NCBI GenBank assembly: GCA_023431205.1
Contig: JAEYXQ010000160.1
Location: 28,658-92,657, forward strand
Source: Pseudomonadota bacterium
GTDB taxonomy: Bacteria; Pseudomonadota; Alphaproteobacteria; Rhizobiales; Devosiaceae
Length of the DNA stretch: 64,000 nucleotides
Reading direction: 5' to 3'
The position numbers and the translations under genes were made by a program. Shown one piece after another: positions 42,927 through 53,645 of the stretch (position 1 is the stretch's first letter; every line of letters begins with the position of its first letter). Under the pieces are notes generated by a model. The model ran no database searches. It had not been told where the DNA came from and saw nothing but the letters and a program-made list of their open reading frames with translations.

Positions 42927-43682
42927 ATGAACAAGCCCGCGGCCAAAGAACCGTCGATGGACGAAATCCTGTCGTCCATCCGGCAGATCATTGCGGATGA
43001 CGACGCGGCGGGTGTAACGCGCCGGCCGGTGTTGCAGGCGGCGCCGCCGCCGATGGAAGCCACCCCGGCACGTCCCATCGCCGAAGATCGTGATCTCGAA
43101 GACATGCTCGAGGACATCGAGCCGCTGGCACTCTCGCCGAGCCAGATCGTGGGAACTGAGGCAGATGCCGATAACGATGTCGGCGGCTTCAGCTTCGATT
43201 CCATCCTCGCCGACACTGAAAGCGCGGTGGTGCAGGATCCGGTGCCGGACCTTGTCGAGCCCGAGGACGTCCACTTTTCCGAGCCCGAGGTAGAGGACGA
43301 CCTGCCGTCGTTCGACCCCGCTCCGGCGCGCGCCTTTGAGCCGGAACCCGACCCCGAACCCGTATTGCGGGTGGTGCCGCCGGCCGTCGAAGCCCGGGTA
43401 GAGCGGCCGCGGATGTCCGTCGCCGAGGCGGCGCCGCTTCCGGATCCGACGCTGACCAGCGACATGGCGAACGAACTGCTGGAGCCTGCCACCAAGGCGG
43501 CCGTCCGCAGCTCGATCGGCAAGCTGTCGGCTCTGGGAATTGGCTCGCCGGGCCTCACCATCGAGGCGATGATGCGCGACATGCTGCGGCCGATGCTGAA
43601 GGAGTGGCTCGACGAGCACTTGCCTTCCGTGGTCGAGCGCATGGTCGAGAAGGAAATCGCGCGCATTTCCCGCGGCGAATAG
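42927..43682 (+). CDS. popZ: Polar organizing protein PopZ (DUF2497)
   Basis: EPSMDEILSSIRQII N-terminus, acidic Pro-rich linker, LRPMLKEWLDEHLP..VE..V..EI.RI. Confidence 0.93.
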   Translation: MNKPAAKEPSMDEILSSIRQIIADDDAAGVTRRPVLQAAPPPMEATPARPIAEDRDLEDMLEDIEPLALSPSQIVGTEADADNDVGGFSFDSILADTESAVVQDPVPDLVEPEDVHFSEPEVEDDLPSFDPAPARAFEPEPDPEPVLRVVPPAVEARVERPRMSVAEAAPLPDPTLTSDMANELLEPATKAAVRSSIGKLSALGIGSPGLTIEAMMRDMLRPMLKEWLDEHLPSVVERMVEKEIARISRGE

Positions 43683-43797
43683 TCTGGCCGGTCGGCCGCG
43701 CTGGCTGTTGACCCCGCCCGGCGCATTTGCTTGAAGTTCCGCCACCTGACGGCCCGCCAGCTCGCCCTGGCGGGTCAACTGTGTTTGCGAGTGATCC

Positions 43798-46551
43798 ATG
43801 CTTGAAAAGACCTATGAGCCCGCGGCAGTCGAGGCGCGCATCTACGACGCCTGGATCGAGGCTGGCGCCTTCAAGGCCGGGGCAGGGGCGGCGCCGGGCG
43901 CCGAGACCTTCACCATCGTCATTCCGCCGCCCAACGTCACCGGGTCGCTGCATATCGGTCACGCGCTGAACAACACGATCCAGGACATTCTGGTTCGCTT
44001 CAACCGCATGCTGCACAAGGATGTCCTGTGGCAGCCCGGCACGGACCATGCCGGCATCGCGACGCAGATGATCGTCGAACGGCAGCTGGCGGAGCGGCAG
44101 CTTGACCGCCGCAGCATGGGACGCGAGGCGTTCATCGAGCGCGTCTGGGAATGGAAGGCCGAGAGCGGCGGCACCATCATGAACCAGCTGAAGCGCCTCG
44201 GCGCGTCGGCTGACTTCGGCCGCGAGCGCTTCACCATGGGCGATCGTGGGCAGGCCGACGACCAGATGGTCCGCGCCGTCACCAAGGTGTTCGTTGAACT
44301 CCACAACCGCGGGCTGATCTACCGCGCCAAGCGCCTGGTGAACTGGCATCCGGGACTCGAGACCGCGATCTCCGACCTCGAGGTGGAGAACATCGAGGTC
44401 AAGGGCCACATGTGGCACCTGCGCTATCCGCTGGCGGACGGCGTGACCTACCAGTTCCCGATCAAGGACGAGCACGGCAACGTCACTGGCCACGAGACCC
44501 GGGACTACATCATTGTCGCGACTACCCGCCCGGAGACGATGCTAGGCGACTCCGGTGTTGCCGTGCATCCGGAAGACGAGCGCTACAGGGACCTGGTCGG
44601 CAAGTTTGTCGAACTGCCCCTCGTCGGGCGCCGCATCCCGATCGTCGCCGACGAGTATGCCGACCCCGCTCTCGGAACGGGTGCCGTGAAGATCACGCCT
44701 GCCCACGATTTCAACGACTTCGAGGTGGGTGCTCGTAACGGGCTTGAGCAGATCAACGTTTTCACCACCCGTGGTGCCATTGTCGACGCGGAGTTCATCC
44801 CGGCCCGCTATCGCGGTCTCGACCGCTTCGCAGCACGCAAGGCCATCGTGGCCGATCTCACCGCCCTGGCGGAGGACAATCCCACCCGCGGCCTCGATCA
44901 TGTCGAAGACAAGAAGATCATGGTCCCGCACGACGAGAAGTCCAAGCTCGTCGTCATCGAGCCGTTCCTGACCGACCAATGGTGGGTCAAGGCCGACGTG
45001 CTGGCGCAGCCGGCCCTGGCGGCGGTGCGCGAGGGTCGCACCAGGTTCGTGCCGCAGCAATACGAGAACACCTATTTTGCCTGGCTCGAGAACATCAAGC
45101 CGTGGTGCATCTCGCGCCAGCTCTGGTGGGGTCACCAGATCCCGGCCTGGTACGGGCCGGAGGGACATGCCTTCGTCGCGCAGAGCGAGGCCGAAGCTGC
45201 CGACGCCGCATCCGCTCATTACGGCAAGGTCGTTGAGCTTCGCCGCGACCCGGACGTGCTCGACACCTGGTTCTCGTCAGGGCTGTGGCCATTCTCGACG
45301 CTGGGCTGGCCGGACGAGACCGCAGAGCTCAAGCGCTACTATCCGACCGACGTTCTCGTCACCGGCTTCGACATCATTTTCTTCTGGGTTGCCAGGATGA
45401 TGATGCTCGGTCTTGAATTCCTGGGTGAGGAGCCCTTCCACACGGTCTACATGCACGCTCTGGTCCGCGACGAGAAGGGCCAGAAGATGAGCAAGACCAA
45501 GGGCAACGTCATCGACCCGCTCAAGCTCATCGATCAGTACGGTGCCGACGCCACGCGCTTCACGCTGGCGGCAATGGCGGCGCAAGGGCGCGACCTGAAG
45601 CTCTCGATCAACCGGGTCGAGGGCTACCGCAACTTCGTCACCAAGCTCTGGAACGCCGCGCGCTTCCTGGAGATGAACGAGTGCCGTCGCGTCGACGGAT
45701 ATGATCCGCGCAACAACCGGCTCCCGCTCAACCGCTGGATCGTGGGCGCCACGGCCCGGGCAACGGCCGCGGTGACACGCGGCATCGAGGACTACAAGTT
45801 CAACGAAGCTGCCAACAGCGCCTACGATTTCGTCTGGGGCACGTTCTGCGACTGGTATGTCGAGTTCGCCAAGCCCGTGTTCAGCGGCACCGACGAGGCG
45901 GCCAAGGCTGAGACGCGCGCCACTGCCGCCTGGGCACTGGACCAGATTCTGGCGTTCCTCCATCCGTTCATGCCGTTCGTGACCGAGGAATTGTGGGCGG
46001 AGACCGGCAAGTTCGGTGCGGCGCGTAGCGGCGTGTTGGCGCTCGCCGACTGGCCAAAGCTGGACGGTCTCGAAGACGCCGATGCCGATGCAGAACTCGG
46101 CTGGCTGATCGAAGTGATCACCAGCGTGCGCTCCATCCGTGCCGAGATGAACGTGCCGGCAGGCGCCAAGCTGCAACTGGTGTTGGTTGGGGCAGGGGAG
46201 GAAACCCTGCGCCGCGTCGTCGCCGGAACGGCCCTGATCACGCGCCTGGCACGACTGGAGGCGATCTCGCCGCAGTCGGAAGTGCCGGGTGAGTCTGCCC
46301 AGTTCGTGGTCGGGGAAGCGACCTTCGCGCTGCCTCTGTCCGGGGTGATCGATCTCGGCGTGGAACGGGCGCGGCTCGACAAGGAAGTCGGCAAGCTCGA
46401 TGCCGAGATTACCCAGATCGACAAGAAGCTCGGCAACGAGCAGTTCGTCGCCAAAGCGCCCGAAGAGGTGATCGAGGAGCAGCGAACGCGCCGAGAGGCA
46501 GCATTGGACCGGCGCACCCGCGTCGTCGATGCGCTGGCCCGCCTGAAGTAG
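43798..46551 (+). CDS. valS: Valyl-tRNA synthetase
   Basis: [29 protein letters not shown]. Confidence 0.98.
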   Translation: MLEKTYEPAAVEARIYDAWIEAGAFKAGAGAAPGAETFTIVIPPPNVTGSLHIGHALNNTIQDILVRFNRMLHKDVLWQPGTDHAGIATQMIVERQLAERQLDRRSMGREAFIERVWEWKAESGGTIMNQLKRLGASADFGRERFTMGDRGQADDQMVRAVTKVFVELHNRGLIYRAKRLVNWHPGLETAISDLEVENIEVKGHMWHLRYPLADGVTYQFPIKDEHGNVTGHETRDYIIVATTRPETMLGDSGVAVHPEDERYRDLVGKFVELPLVGRRIPIVADEYADPALGTGAVKITPAHDFNDFEVGARNGLEQINVFTTRGAIVDAEFIPARYRGLDRFAARKAIVADLTALAEDNPTRGLDHVEDKKIMVPHDEKSKLVVIEPFLTDQWWVKADVLAQPALAAVREGRTRFVPQQYENTYFAWLENIKPWCISRQLWWGHQIPAWYGPEGHAFVAQSEAEAADAASAHYGKVVELRRDPDVLDTWFSSGLWPFSTLGWPDETAELKRYYPTDVLVTGFDIIFFWVARMMMLGLEFLGEEPFHTVYMHALVRDEKGQKMSKTKGNVIDPLKLIDQYGADATRFTLAAMAAQGRDLKLSINRVEGYRNFVTKLWNAARFLEMNECRRVDGYDPRNNRLPLNRWIVGATARATAAVTRGIEDYKFNEAANSAYDFVWGTFCDWYVEFAKPVFSGTDEAAKAETRATAAWALDQILAFLHPFMPFVTEELWAETGKFGAARSGVLALADWPKLDGLEDADADAELGWLIEVITSVRSIRAEMNVPAGAKLQLVLVGAGEETLRRVVAGTALITRLARLEAISPQSEVPGESAQFVVGEATFALPLSGVIDLGVERARLDKEVGKLDAEITQIDKKLGNEQFVAKAPEEVIEEQRTRREAALDRRTRVVDALARLK

Positions 46552-46570
46552 ACGGCTCCATCAGGGGCTT

Positions 46571-46601
46571 GATGGCGGGGTAGCCAAGCTGCCCCGCCGT
46601 C
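46571..46601. terminator. Hairpin after valS
   Basis: GATGGCGGGGTAGC-CAA-GCTGCCCCGCCGTC. Confidence 0.55.
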
Positions 46602-47010
46602 GCTTGTGCTGATTCGGCAACAACGATCCGGATTCCAGCTAAACCCGACTCGCAGCAACCTTTTGGCGATGTTTGTCGCCACAATCTGCCTCTAGACGAT
46701 GCTGGACATCTGGGGGCGGATGGCTGTGCGGCGTGCCTGAATGGCACTGCGTTCGATCGTCGCCTCACGATGCATCTGATCGACTGACGCGTGGAAACAC
46801 GTGCGGCAAACTCCGAACGAGCTCGGTGCGCACACCGGGTGCGCCGCTCCAAATGCGGTCACAAACGGGGTTTACCGAAGTCTTAACGGCAGGTCCTCGC
46901 AGGGGCCGGCCATGAAACAAGGGTTGGTGCTGCCGCTCGTTGGCGCGCCGACACATTGCCCGCCGAGCGGGTGTTCAACGTGTCCGTCGCAGACGGACTG
47001 AAGGAGTGGC

Positions 47011-47928
47011 ATGCGGACCGTTAGGGGTTCATCCCTGCTTTCCGTACTGATGACCGGTTTGCTTGCCGTTCAGGCGGGCGCGGCCCTGGCGCAGGAAAGC
47101 GTCATCGTCTACCCCGAGGCTATCCCAGTGGAGGGATTGCCGGTGATCGGCCTGGCCGCCGGAAACAGGCCCGCAGGGGCGCCCCGCCTCCCGCCCGTAC
47201 CTGGCGAGACCGCCATGGATGCTGCCTTGAACATGGCCAACATGCTTGATGGCGCGGGTGGCGGTGTGTCGAGCGACGCCTATGTGGCTGCGCTGGAAGA
47301 TGCTGCTGCTGCCGGCCAGCCCATGGCCATGTGGCAGTTGGGCACCATGTACGAGAACGGGCAGGGCGTGGCCAGGGACCCGGTCAAGGCGTTCGGTTAC
47401 TTTGCCCAGATCGCCAATCAGTACGCCGATGCCGCGCCTCGGGGCGTCGAAGCCGACATCGTGGCGCGCTCGTTCGTCAAGCTCGGCGACTACTATCGCG
47501 AAGGCGTGCCGGATGCCGGCGTGTCGCAGGATCGCGAAGAGTATTACCGCGTGCTCCAGCACGCCGCGTCCTACTTCGGGGATGCCGACGCACAGTACCA
47601 GCTGGGCGTGCTGTTCCAGCAGGAAGACGGCCCTGGTGTGAGCGCGGTGATGAGTGCCCGCTGGTTGCGTGAGGCGGCTGGCAAGGGTCATTGCCTGGCA
47701 CAGGCGCGTCTGGGCGATTTGCTGTTCAACGGTCTTGCCGATTATGAGGCTCGGCCGCTGGAAGGGCTGATGTGGCTGAACCTTGCGCAGATCCGCTGCG
47801 GGGCCAGCAATGATGCGGCCTGGATCGGCGAGTTGCTGTCGCGAGCACAGTCCGTCGCGGCGCCCGAGGACCGGACGGAAGCGCAGGCCCTGGCCAGCAG
47901 CATCGCGCCGCAGTTCGCCGGGTTCTAG
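47011..47928 (+). CDS. Sel1-repeat periplasmic protein (ExoR-like)
   Basis: WQLGTMYENGQGV, AASYFGDADAQYQLG; adjacent to xth as exoR is in rhizobia. Confidence 0.8.
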   Translation: MRTVRGSSLLSVLMTGLLAVQAGAALAQESVIVYPEAIPVEGLPVIGLAAGNRPAGAPRLPPVPGETAMDAALNMANMLDGAGGGVSSDAYVAALEDAAAAGQPMAMWQLGTMYENGQGVARDPVKAFGYFAQIANQYADAAPRGVEADIVARSFVKLGDYYREGVPDAGVSQDREEYYRVLQHAASYFGDADAQYQLGVLFQQEDGPGVSAVMSARWLREAAGKGHCLAQARLGDLLFNGLADYEARPLEGLMWLNLAQIRCGASNDAAWIGELLSRAQSVAAPEDRTEAQALASSIAPQFAGF

Positions 47929-48710
47929 AAGGTAAACTCACCTTCGACGGGAACGTGGTCGCTGGGCTTGTCCCAACCGCGGACGTCCTTGTGCACCACC
48001 ACATCCTCCAGCCGATCGGCAGCCTGTGGCGACAGCAGCAGGTGGTCGATGCGGATGCCGGCATTGCGCCGCCAGGCGCCCGCCTGGAAATCCCAGAAGG
48101 TGTAGGCCGGCTCGTCTGTTACCGAACGAAGCGCGTCGGTCAGCCCGAGGTTCTTGAGTGTGCGGAACCGCTCCAGGCTCTCCGGACGATACAGGGCGTC
48201 GCCCCACCAGCCTTCGGGGTTGTGGGCATCAATGGGTTCCGGAATCAGGTTGAAGTCGCCGAGCAACACGAACGGTTCCTCGAGCTGCAGTCTCTGTTCG
48301 ACATAAGCCTCCAGACGGCGCATCCAGCTCAGCTTGTAGGGGAATTTCTCGGTGTCCACCGGATTGCCGTTGGGCAGGTAGATGTTGCAGACGCGGATGG
48401 CGCCGGCTTCCAGGGAGAATACGCCCTCGATCAGCCGCGCCTGGTCGTCGCCGTCGTCACCCGGGAGGCCCCGGCAGACTTCATCGAACGGCAGGAGCGA
48501 CAGGATGGCAACGCCGTTCCAGCTCTTTTGTCCGTGCGTTTCGACATTGTAGCCGAGCGCCTCGATCTCCAGGCGCGGGAAGCCTTCGTCGACGGTCTTG
48601 ATTTCCTGGAGCACGACGATGTCTGGCTTCTCCTCCGCGAGCCAGCGCAGCAGTGCTTCGAGGCGAGCTTTCACGCCGTTGATGTTCCAGGTGGCGATGC
48701 GCAGGCCCAT
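47925..48710 (-). CDS. xth: Exodeoxyribonuclease III
   Basis: ATWNING, LQEIK, YLPNG, GDFN, RIDH, SDHVP. Confidence 0.95.
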   Translation of the reverse strand: MGLRIATWNINGVKARLEALLRWLAEEKPDIVVLQEIKTVDEGFPRLEIEALGYNVETHGQKSWNGVAILSLLPFDEVCRGLPGDDGDDQARLIEGVFSLEAGAIRVCNIYLPNGNPVDTEKFPYKLSWMRRLEAYVEQRLQLEEPFVLLGDFNLIPEPIDAHNPEGWWGDALYRPESLERFRTLKNLGLTDALRSVTDEPAYTFWDFQAGAWRRNAGIRIDHLLLSPQAADRLEDVVVHKDVRGWDKPSDHVPVEGEFTF

Positions 48711-48719
48711 GGTGGTCTC

Positions 48720-49826
48720 CTAGAGCACGAATTCGGCATAGGCCGCGTTGCGAACCTGCCTCGGGTATCGCCCGAGGCATCCCTCGAAGGCGGTGTTGCT
48801 CATGCACAGTATGGTAACCTCGTTGAGCGGGTCCACAAGCCAGGAATGGCCGTAGACCCCACCCCAGTTGATGGTTCCGGGCGCTTCTGGCGTCTGGGCC
48901 GCCTCCGGGTCCGCGACAATGGCACCGAAATAGCCGAAGCGTTGTCCGGCATCGTCGCGGGGCAGGTCGCCGATGCGGTTGGAGAAGGCGGAAGTCACTG
49001 TCTCCGGCCGAAGGATGGGCGCGCCACCTTGCCGAAGCGCCTCGAGGAAGCGGAAGATGTCGTCTGGCGTCCCGGCCATGCCGGCACCACCGGATGGAAA
49101 CGCCTGCGGATCGAAGATGCGGGAGGGAGAGAAGGTGGTCGGTCCGCCGAGATGGTTGTGGAGGACATGCGGATCCTCCATCGGCACTGGCTCGGTTTCG
49201 CCATCGGCGTAGGGCTTCGCGAGGCGCTGCGGGTCGGCAACGAAGTAGCCGGTTTCCTCCATGCCGAGCGGGCCAGTCACGTGGGTCGCGACGGCCTCGC
49301 CGAGGGCGCCGCCGTGTACGCGCGCCACCACGGCGCCGAGGACGTCCGTGGCCACCGAGTATTGCCAGCCTGTCCCGGGGGCAAAGCTCAGCAGCTGTTC
49401 GGCGACCAAGGCGGTGTTCTCATCAAGCGTCTGGCCGCGCGTCGGCCCGAGTCCGGTGCTGATGTGAGCGGGGTATGTGTAGCTCAGGCCCGCCGTGTGC
49501 GTGAGCAAGTGGTGGATGGTCACGACGGGTGCGGTGCCGTCCGGAAGCTTGGGCTGAAAATAGGGGAGGTGATCCGCGACAGGATCGTCCAACCGCAGCA
49601 GGCCCTTGTCCACCATCGCCAGTGCAGTGGCCGCGATCAGCGGCTTGGTCACGGATGCCAGGCGATAGATCGCATTCTCTGGCATGGGCACGCCGGCCTC
49701 ACGGTCGAAACTGCCAGCGGCGCGGCGGTACACGACCTCGCCTCCGCGGGCAACGATCACCTCGGCGCCAACGATACGCCCGCCGGAAATCGCGGCGTCC
49801 ATCACCGCATCGATCCTGTTGCCCAT
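48720..49826 (-). CDS. Serine hydrolase, beta-lactamase family (EstB-like)
   Basis: ASVTK (SxxK), LLTHTAG, WQYS, WGG. Confidence 0.9.
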   Translation of the reverse strand: MGNRIDAVMDAAISGGRIVGAEVIVARGGEVVYRRAAGSFDREAGVPMPENAIYRLASVTKPLIAATALAMVDKGLLRLDDPVADHLPYFQPKLPDGTAPVVTIHHLLTHTAGLSYTYPAHISTGLGPTRGQTLDENTALVAEQLLSFAPGTGWQYSVATDVLGAVVARVHGGALGEAVATHVTGPLGMEETGYFVADPQRLAKPYADGETEPVPMEDPHVLHNHLGGPTTFSPSRIFDPQAFPSGGAGMAGTPDDIFRFLEALRQGGAPILRPETVTSAFSNRIGDLPRDDAGQRFGYFGAIVADPEAAQTPEAPGTINWGGVYGHSWLVDPLNEVTILCMSNTAFEGCLGRYPRQVRNAAYAEFVL

Positions 49827-49879
49827 GATGCCTCCTTGATCGGGTGCACCATGGCGGATTCGCTGGAATGAGTCTGCCG

Positions 49880-50095
49880 TCAGGCGCCCTCCTCGCCAAG
49901 TTCCCGCTGCCGCTGCAGGAAGTTCGCCGCTTCGCTGTAGCGATCATGCAGACGGCGGAAACGACGGAGCGTATCTCCCGGCAGGTCGAGGTTCGCGAGT
50001 TCGTCGTGCAGGGCCTTGAGATCCGCCTCGATGGCCTGCATCTCGTCGAACAGATGGGCGATCTGGGCCTCGGTCAGGCGAACGACTGTTGCCAT
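49880..50095 (-). CDS. Small hypothetical protein
   Basis: GGAGGAGG RBS; 71 aa helical. Confidence 0.6.
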   Translation of the reverse strand: MATVVRLTEAQIAHLFDEMQAIEADLKALHDELANLDLPGDTLRRFRRLHDRYSEAANFLQRQRELGEEGA

Positions 50096-50162
50096 CTCCT
50101 CCTCCTTTTGGCGGCAACCAGCAGGACGGGCGAAGGGTTCCAGCGGAGAATGATCGGGCTGT

Positions 50163-50516
50163 TTAGACGGCGAAACTCGTGCCGCAGCCGCAGGACGCCA
50201 CGGCATTGGGATTGCGAATCTGGAAGGACTGCCCGATCAGGTCGTCGACATAGTCGATCTCGGCGCCGCCCATGAATTCGAGGCTCAACGAATCGATGAG
50301 GACGGTCGCGCCATTCTTGGACAGGACGACATCGTCGTCCGTCGGCGTTTCCTGGACGAGGTTGTATTCGTACTGGAAGCCGGAGCATCCGCCACCCGCC
50401 ACCGAGATGCGCAACACCGTGCCGTCCGGCTCCTTGGACAGGATACGGGAGACGCGCTTGGCGGCGCGGTCAGTGAGCACAACCTGCGGGGAGACGAGGG
50501 TGGCAATATCGCTCAT
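50163..50516 (-). CDS. erpA: Iron-sulfur cluster insertion protein (HesB/IscA/ErpA)
   Basis: GGGCSGFQY and CGCGTSF. Confidence 0.9.
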   Translation of the reverse strand: MSDIATLVSPQVVLTDRAAKRVSRILSKEPDGTVLRISVAGGGCSGFQYEYNLVQETPTDDDVVLSKNGATVLIDSLSLEFMGGAEIDYVDDLIGQSFQIRNPNAVASCGCGTSFAV

Positions 50517-50597
50517 CGGACTTCACAACCGTAATGTCATAACAGTTGGCTGAAGATAGGCACTTCGCCTGCCGTTGAAAAGGGTAGCGCCGCGCAC

Positions 50598-51791
50598 ATG
50601 ATCGATACCGCGTCATACGCCAGCAAGCCGGAGCTCTCCCTCGGGCGCCTTCACGGCACAGGGCCGAGCCCCACCCGGTCCGAGTTTCAGAGGGATCGCG
50701 ACCGGATCATTCATTCGACCGCGTTCCGTCGGCTGCAGAACAAGACACAGGTGTTCCTGCAGCACGAGGGCCGGCACTTCCGCAATCGGCTCACCCACAC
50801 GCTGGAAGTCAGCCAGATGGCGCGCTCGATCGCCCGAGCCCTGATGCTCGACGAGGATCTGGCGGAAGCGGTGGCACTGGCGCACGACCTCGGCCACACG
50901 CCGTTCGGCCATGCGGGCGAACGAGCGCTCGACCGGGCGATGTCGCCCTATGGCGGCTTCGACCACAACCTGCAGGCGCTCCGCGTCGTCACCCTGCTCG
51001 AGAGCCGCTATGCCGACCACGACGGTCTCAATCTCACCTGGGAGACCCTGGAAGGCATCCTTAAGCACAATGGCCCCTTGCTGGACCCCACCGGCAAGAC
51101 CGTCGGCCGCTACGCTGATCACGGGCTACCACACGGGCTGGACCAGATTCCAACACCCGCCGACCTTCGCCTCGACAGCCATGCTTCACTGGAAGCGCAG
51201 GCCGCCGCCATTGCCGACGACATCGCCTACAACGCCCACGACATCGACGACGCCTTGAGAGCGCGCTTGCTGGTTCTCGAGGATATGGCCGACGTGCCGA
51301 TGGCGGGACCGATCGTGAGAGAAGTGCTGGAGCGTTACCCCGCCATAGATGCCAAGCGGCAGGCACACGAGGTGCAGCGCCGCCTGATCACCCGCGCCAT
51401 CGAGGACGTGATCGCAGAAAGCGCGGCTGCCATCGCCGCGGCCCGTGTGCAGTCTGCCGAAGACGTTCGTCTCGCGGGCGCCACCCTGATCCGGTTCTCT
51501 CCGGCGATGGCGGAGGCCGAGCGGGGCCTCAAGAGCTTCCTGTTCGACAAAGTCTACCGTCACGAGGCGGTGATGGCCCCAGTGCGGCGCAGCGAGCAGG
51601 TGGTCGAGGACCTGTTCGCCCGCTACATGGCCACGCGCGACCTGCCGGGCGTCTGGGGCGTGGCCGCCAGAGCCGCAACGGACGACCTCGCAGTCGCCGT
51701 CGTGGTTCGTGACTTCATTGCCGGCATGACCGATCCCTACGCCTTGCTGGAGTTCAGCCGGCTGTTTGACGCTCGTCCGGAATTGCTTTAA
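50598..51791 (+). CDS. dgt: dGTP triphosphohydrolase
   Basis: [39 protein letters not shown]. Confidence 0.95.
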   Translation: MIDTASYASKPELSLGRLHGTGPSPTRSEFQRDRDRIIHSTAFRRLQNKTQVFLQHEGRHFRNRLTHTLEVSQMARSIARALMLDEDLAEAVALAHDLGHTPFGHAGERALDRAMSPYGGFDHNLQALRVVTLLESRYADHDGLNLTWETLEGILKHNGPLLDPTGKTVGRYADHGLPHGLDQIPTPADLRLDSHASLEAQAAAIADDIAYNAHDIDDALRARLLVLEDMADVPMAGPIVREVLERYPAIDAKRQAHEVQRRLITRAIEDVIAESAAAIAAARVQSAEDVRLAGATLIRFSPAMAEAERGLKSFLFDKVYRHEAVMAPVRRSEQVVEDLFARYMATRDLPGVWGVAARAATDDLAVAVVVRDFIAGMTDPYALLEFSRLFDARPELL

Positions 51792-51823
51792 CCCCGGCCC
51801 GCTCCCCCGCCCAAGGTTTTGTC

Positions 51824-53569
51824 ATGGACGTCTTCGCCCTGTTCTCCGCGCGTGTTGCCGAGGCAATGCAGCAGCTCTTCCCCGAAGCCGGTGCCGATCT
51901 GGTCGCCCGCATCGTGGTGGAGCCCCCGCGCGATCCCGCCCACGGCGATCTGTCCACCAATGCTGCGATGGTCGTTGCCAAGCCGCTCGGGCGCAACCCG
52001 CGCGAGGTGGCGACCGCCCTGGCCGAGCGCTTTCGCGACGATGCCGATGTGGCGGCGGTGGACGTTGCGGGCCCCGGGTTCCTGAATTTCCGGCTCGCCC
52101 CGGCGGTATGGCATCGGGTCCTGCGCTCCGTGACGCAGCTCGGGCCGGACTATGGTCGCTCGAGCATGGGCGGCGGCGTGCGGGTCAACGTCGAGTACGT
52201 TTCGGCCAACCCCACCGGGCCGATGCATGTTGGCCATACCCGCGGCGCCGTGTTCGGCGACGCCCTGGCATCGCTCATGGCCTACTCCGGCTACGATGTG
52301 ACCCGCGAGTACTACATCAACGACGCCGGCAGCCAGGTGGACACCCTGGCGCGCTCGGCGCTGTTGCGCTACCGCGAGGCGCTCGGGGAGAGCATCAGCA
52401 TTCCCCCTGGACTTTATCCCGGAGATTATCTCGTTCCCGTGGGGCAGGCGCTGAAGGCCGAGTTCGGCGAGGGCCTGCTGGGCATGCCCGAGGACGAAGC
52501 GCTGCCGCTGGTCAAGGAGCGGGTGCTGGCTGCCATGCTCGACCTGATCCGGGCCGATCTTGCCAAGCTCGACATCCACCACGACGTGTTCTTTTCCGAG
52601 CGCACGCTGCACGGGCAGGGCGGCGACATCGAGCTCACCCTGAACTGGCTGCGCGAGCAGGGTATGGTCTATGAGGGCCGGCTCGAGCCCCCCAAGGGCA
52701 AGACGCCGGAGGACTGGGAAGACCGCGAACAGACCCTGTTCCGGGCCACGGACTATGGCGACGACGTGGACCGGCCGCTGGTCAAGTCCGACGGCTCCTA
52801 CACCTATTTCGCCGCCGATATCGCCTATCACCGCAACAAGTATCTGCGCGGCTTCACCCACATGGTGAACGTGTTCGGCGCCGACCACTCCGGCTACATC
52901 AAGCGCCTGCAGGCAGCGGTGAAGGCCGTCTCCATGGGCGCCGCGGACGTGGACGTGAAGGTGTGCCAGCTGGTGCGGCTGCTCAAGAACGGCGAGCCGT
53001 TCAAGATGAGCAAGCGGTCGGGCGACCTCGTCACCCTCGCCGATGTGGTGGAGGAGGTCGGCTCGGACGCCACCCGCTTCATGCTGCTGTTCCGGCGCAA
53101 TGACGCGGCGATGGATTTCGATTTCGCCCTGGTCAAGGAGCAGACGAAGGACAATCCGGTCTTCTATGTCCAGTATGCCCACGCCCGCACCTACTCGATC
53201 TTCAAGACGGCGCAGCGTGACCTGCCGGAGCTCGATACCTCGCCGGCTGCCCTTGCCGCCGCCGATGTGAGCCTGCTGCAGTCCGAAGCCGAACTGGACC
53301 TCGTGCGGGTGCTGGCGCAGTGGCCGCGCACCGTTGCCGCCGCCGCGGTGGCCCATGAACCGCACCGCGTCGCTTTCTATGCACATGAGCTCGCGGCTGC
53401 CTTCCACGGCTTCTGGGCCAAGGGTAAGGACGATCCGCAGTTACGCTTTGTTAATGGTACGGAGCCGAATCTGACTCTGGCCCGACTCGCACTGGTGGAT
53501 GCAGTGCGTCAGGTAATTGTGAATGCGCTTGGTATCCTGGGTGTTGCAGCCCCGGAGGAACTTTCATAA
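51824..53569 (+). CDS. argS: Arginyl-tRNA synthetase
   Basis: [32 protein letters not shown]. Confidence 0.98.
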   Translation: MDVFALFSARVAEAMQQLFPEAGADLVARIVVEPPRDPAHGDLSTNAAMVVAKPLGRNPREVATALAERFRDDADVAAVDVAGPGFLNFRLAPAVWHRVLRSVTQLGPDYGRSSMGGGVRVNVEYVSANPTGPMHVGHTRGAVFGDALASLMAYSGYDVTREYYINDAGSQVDTLARSALLRYREALGESISIPPGLYPGDYLVPVGQALKAEFGEGLLGMPEDEALPLVKERVLAAMLDLIRADLAKLDIHHDVFFSERTLHGQGGDIELTLNWLREQGMVYEGRLEPPKGKTPEDWEDREQTLFRATDYGDDVDRPLVKSDGSYTYFAADIAYHRNKYLRGFTHMVNVFGADHSGYIKRLQAAVKAVSMGAADVDVKVCQLVRLLKNGEPFKMSKRSGDLVTLADVVEEVGSDATRFMLLFRRNDAAMDFDFALVKEQTKDNPVFYVQYAHARTYSIFKTAQRDLPELDTSPAALAAADVSLLQSEAELDLVRVLAQWPRTVAAAAVAHEPHRVAFYAHELAAAFHGFWAKGKDDPQLRFVNGTEPNLTLARLALVDAVRQVIVNALGILGVAAPEELS

Positions 53570-53645
53570 TTCGGGCGCAAATTCGTGTTGACTCCGCCAC
53601 GTTGCGCCCCTGCGAGGCGCTCAGGCAGGAACGAGAAAGCGCTGC

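Noticed and set aside
46560..46605. tRNA-like sequence (GGCGGGGTAGCCAAG)
   Set aside because: Forms a single hairpin with no anticodon or T arm; better explained as a terminator-like stem.
47955..49871. 638-aa plus-strand ORF and similar long antisense ORFs (9787-11235, 51788-53407, 59879-61351)
   Set aside because: Shadow ORFs opposite well-supported genes in high-GC DNA.
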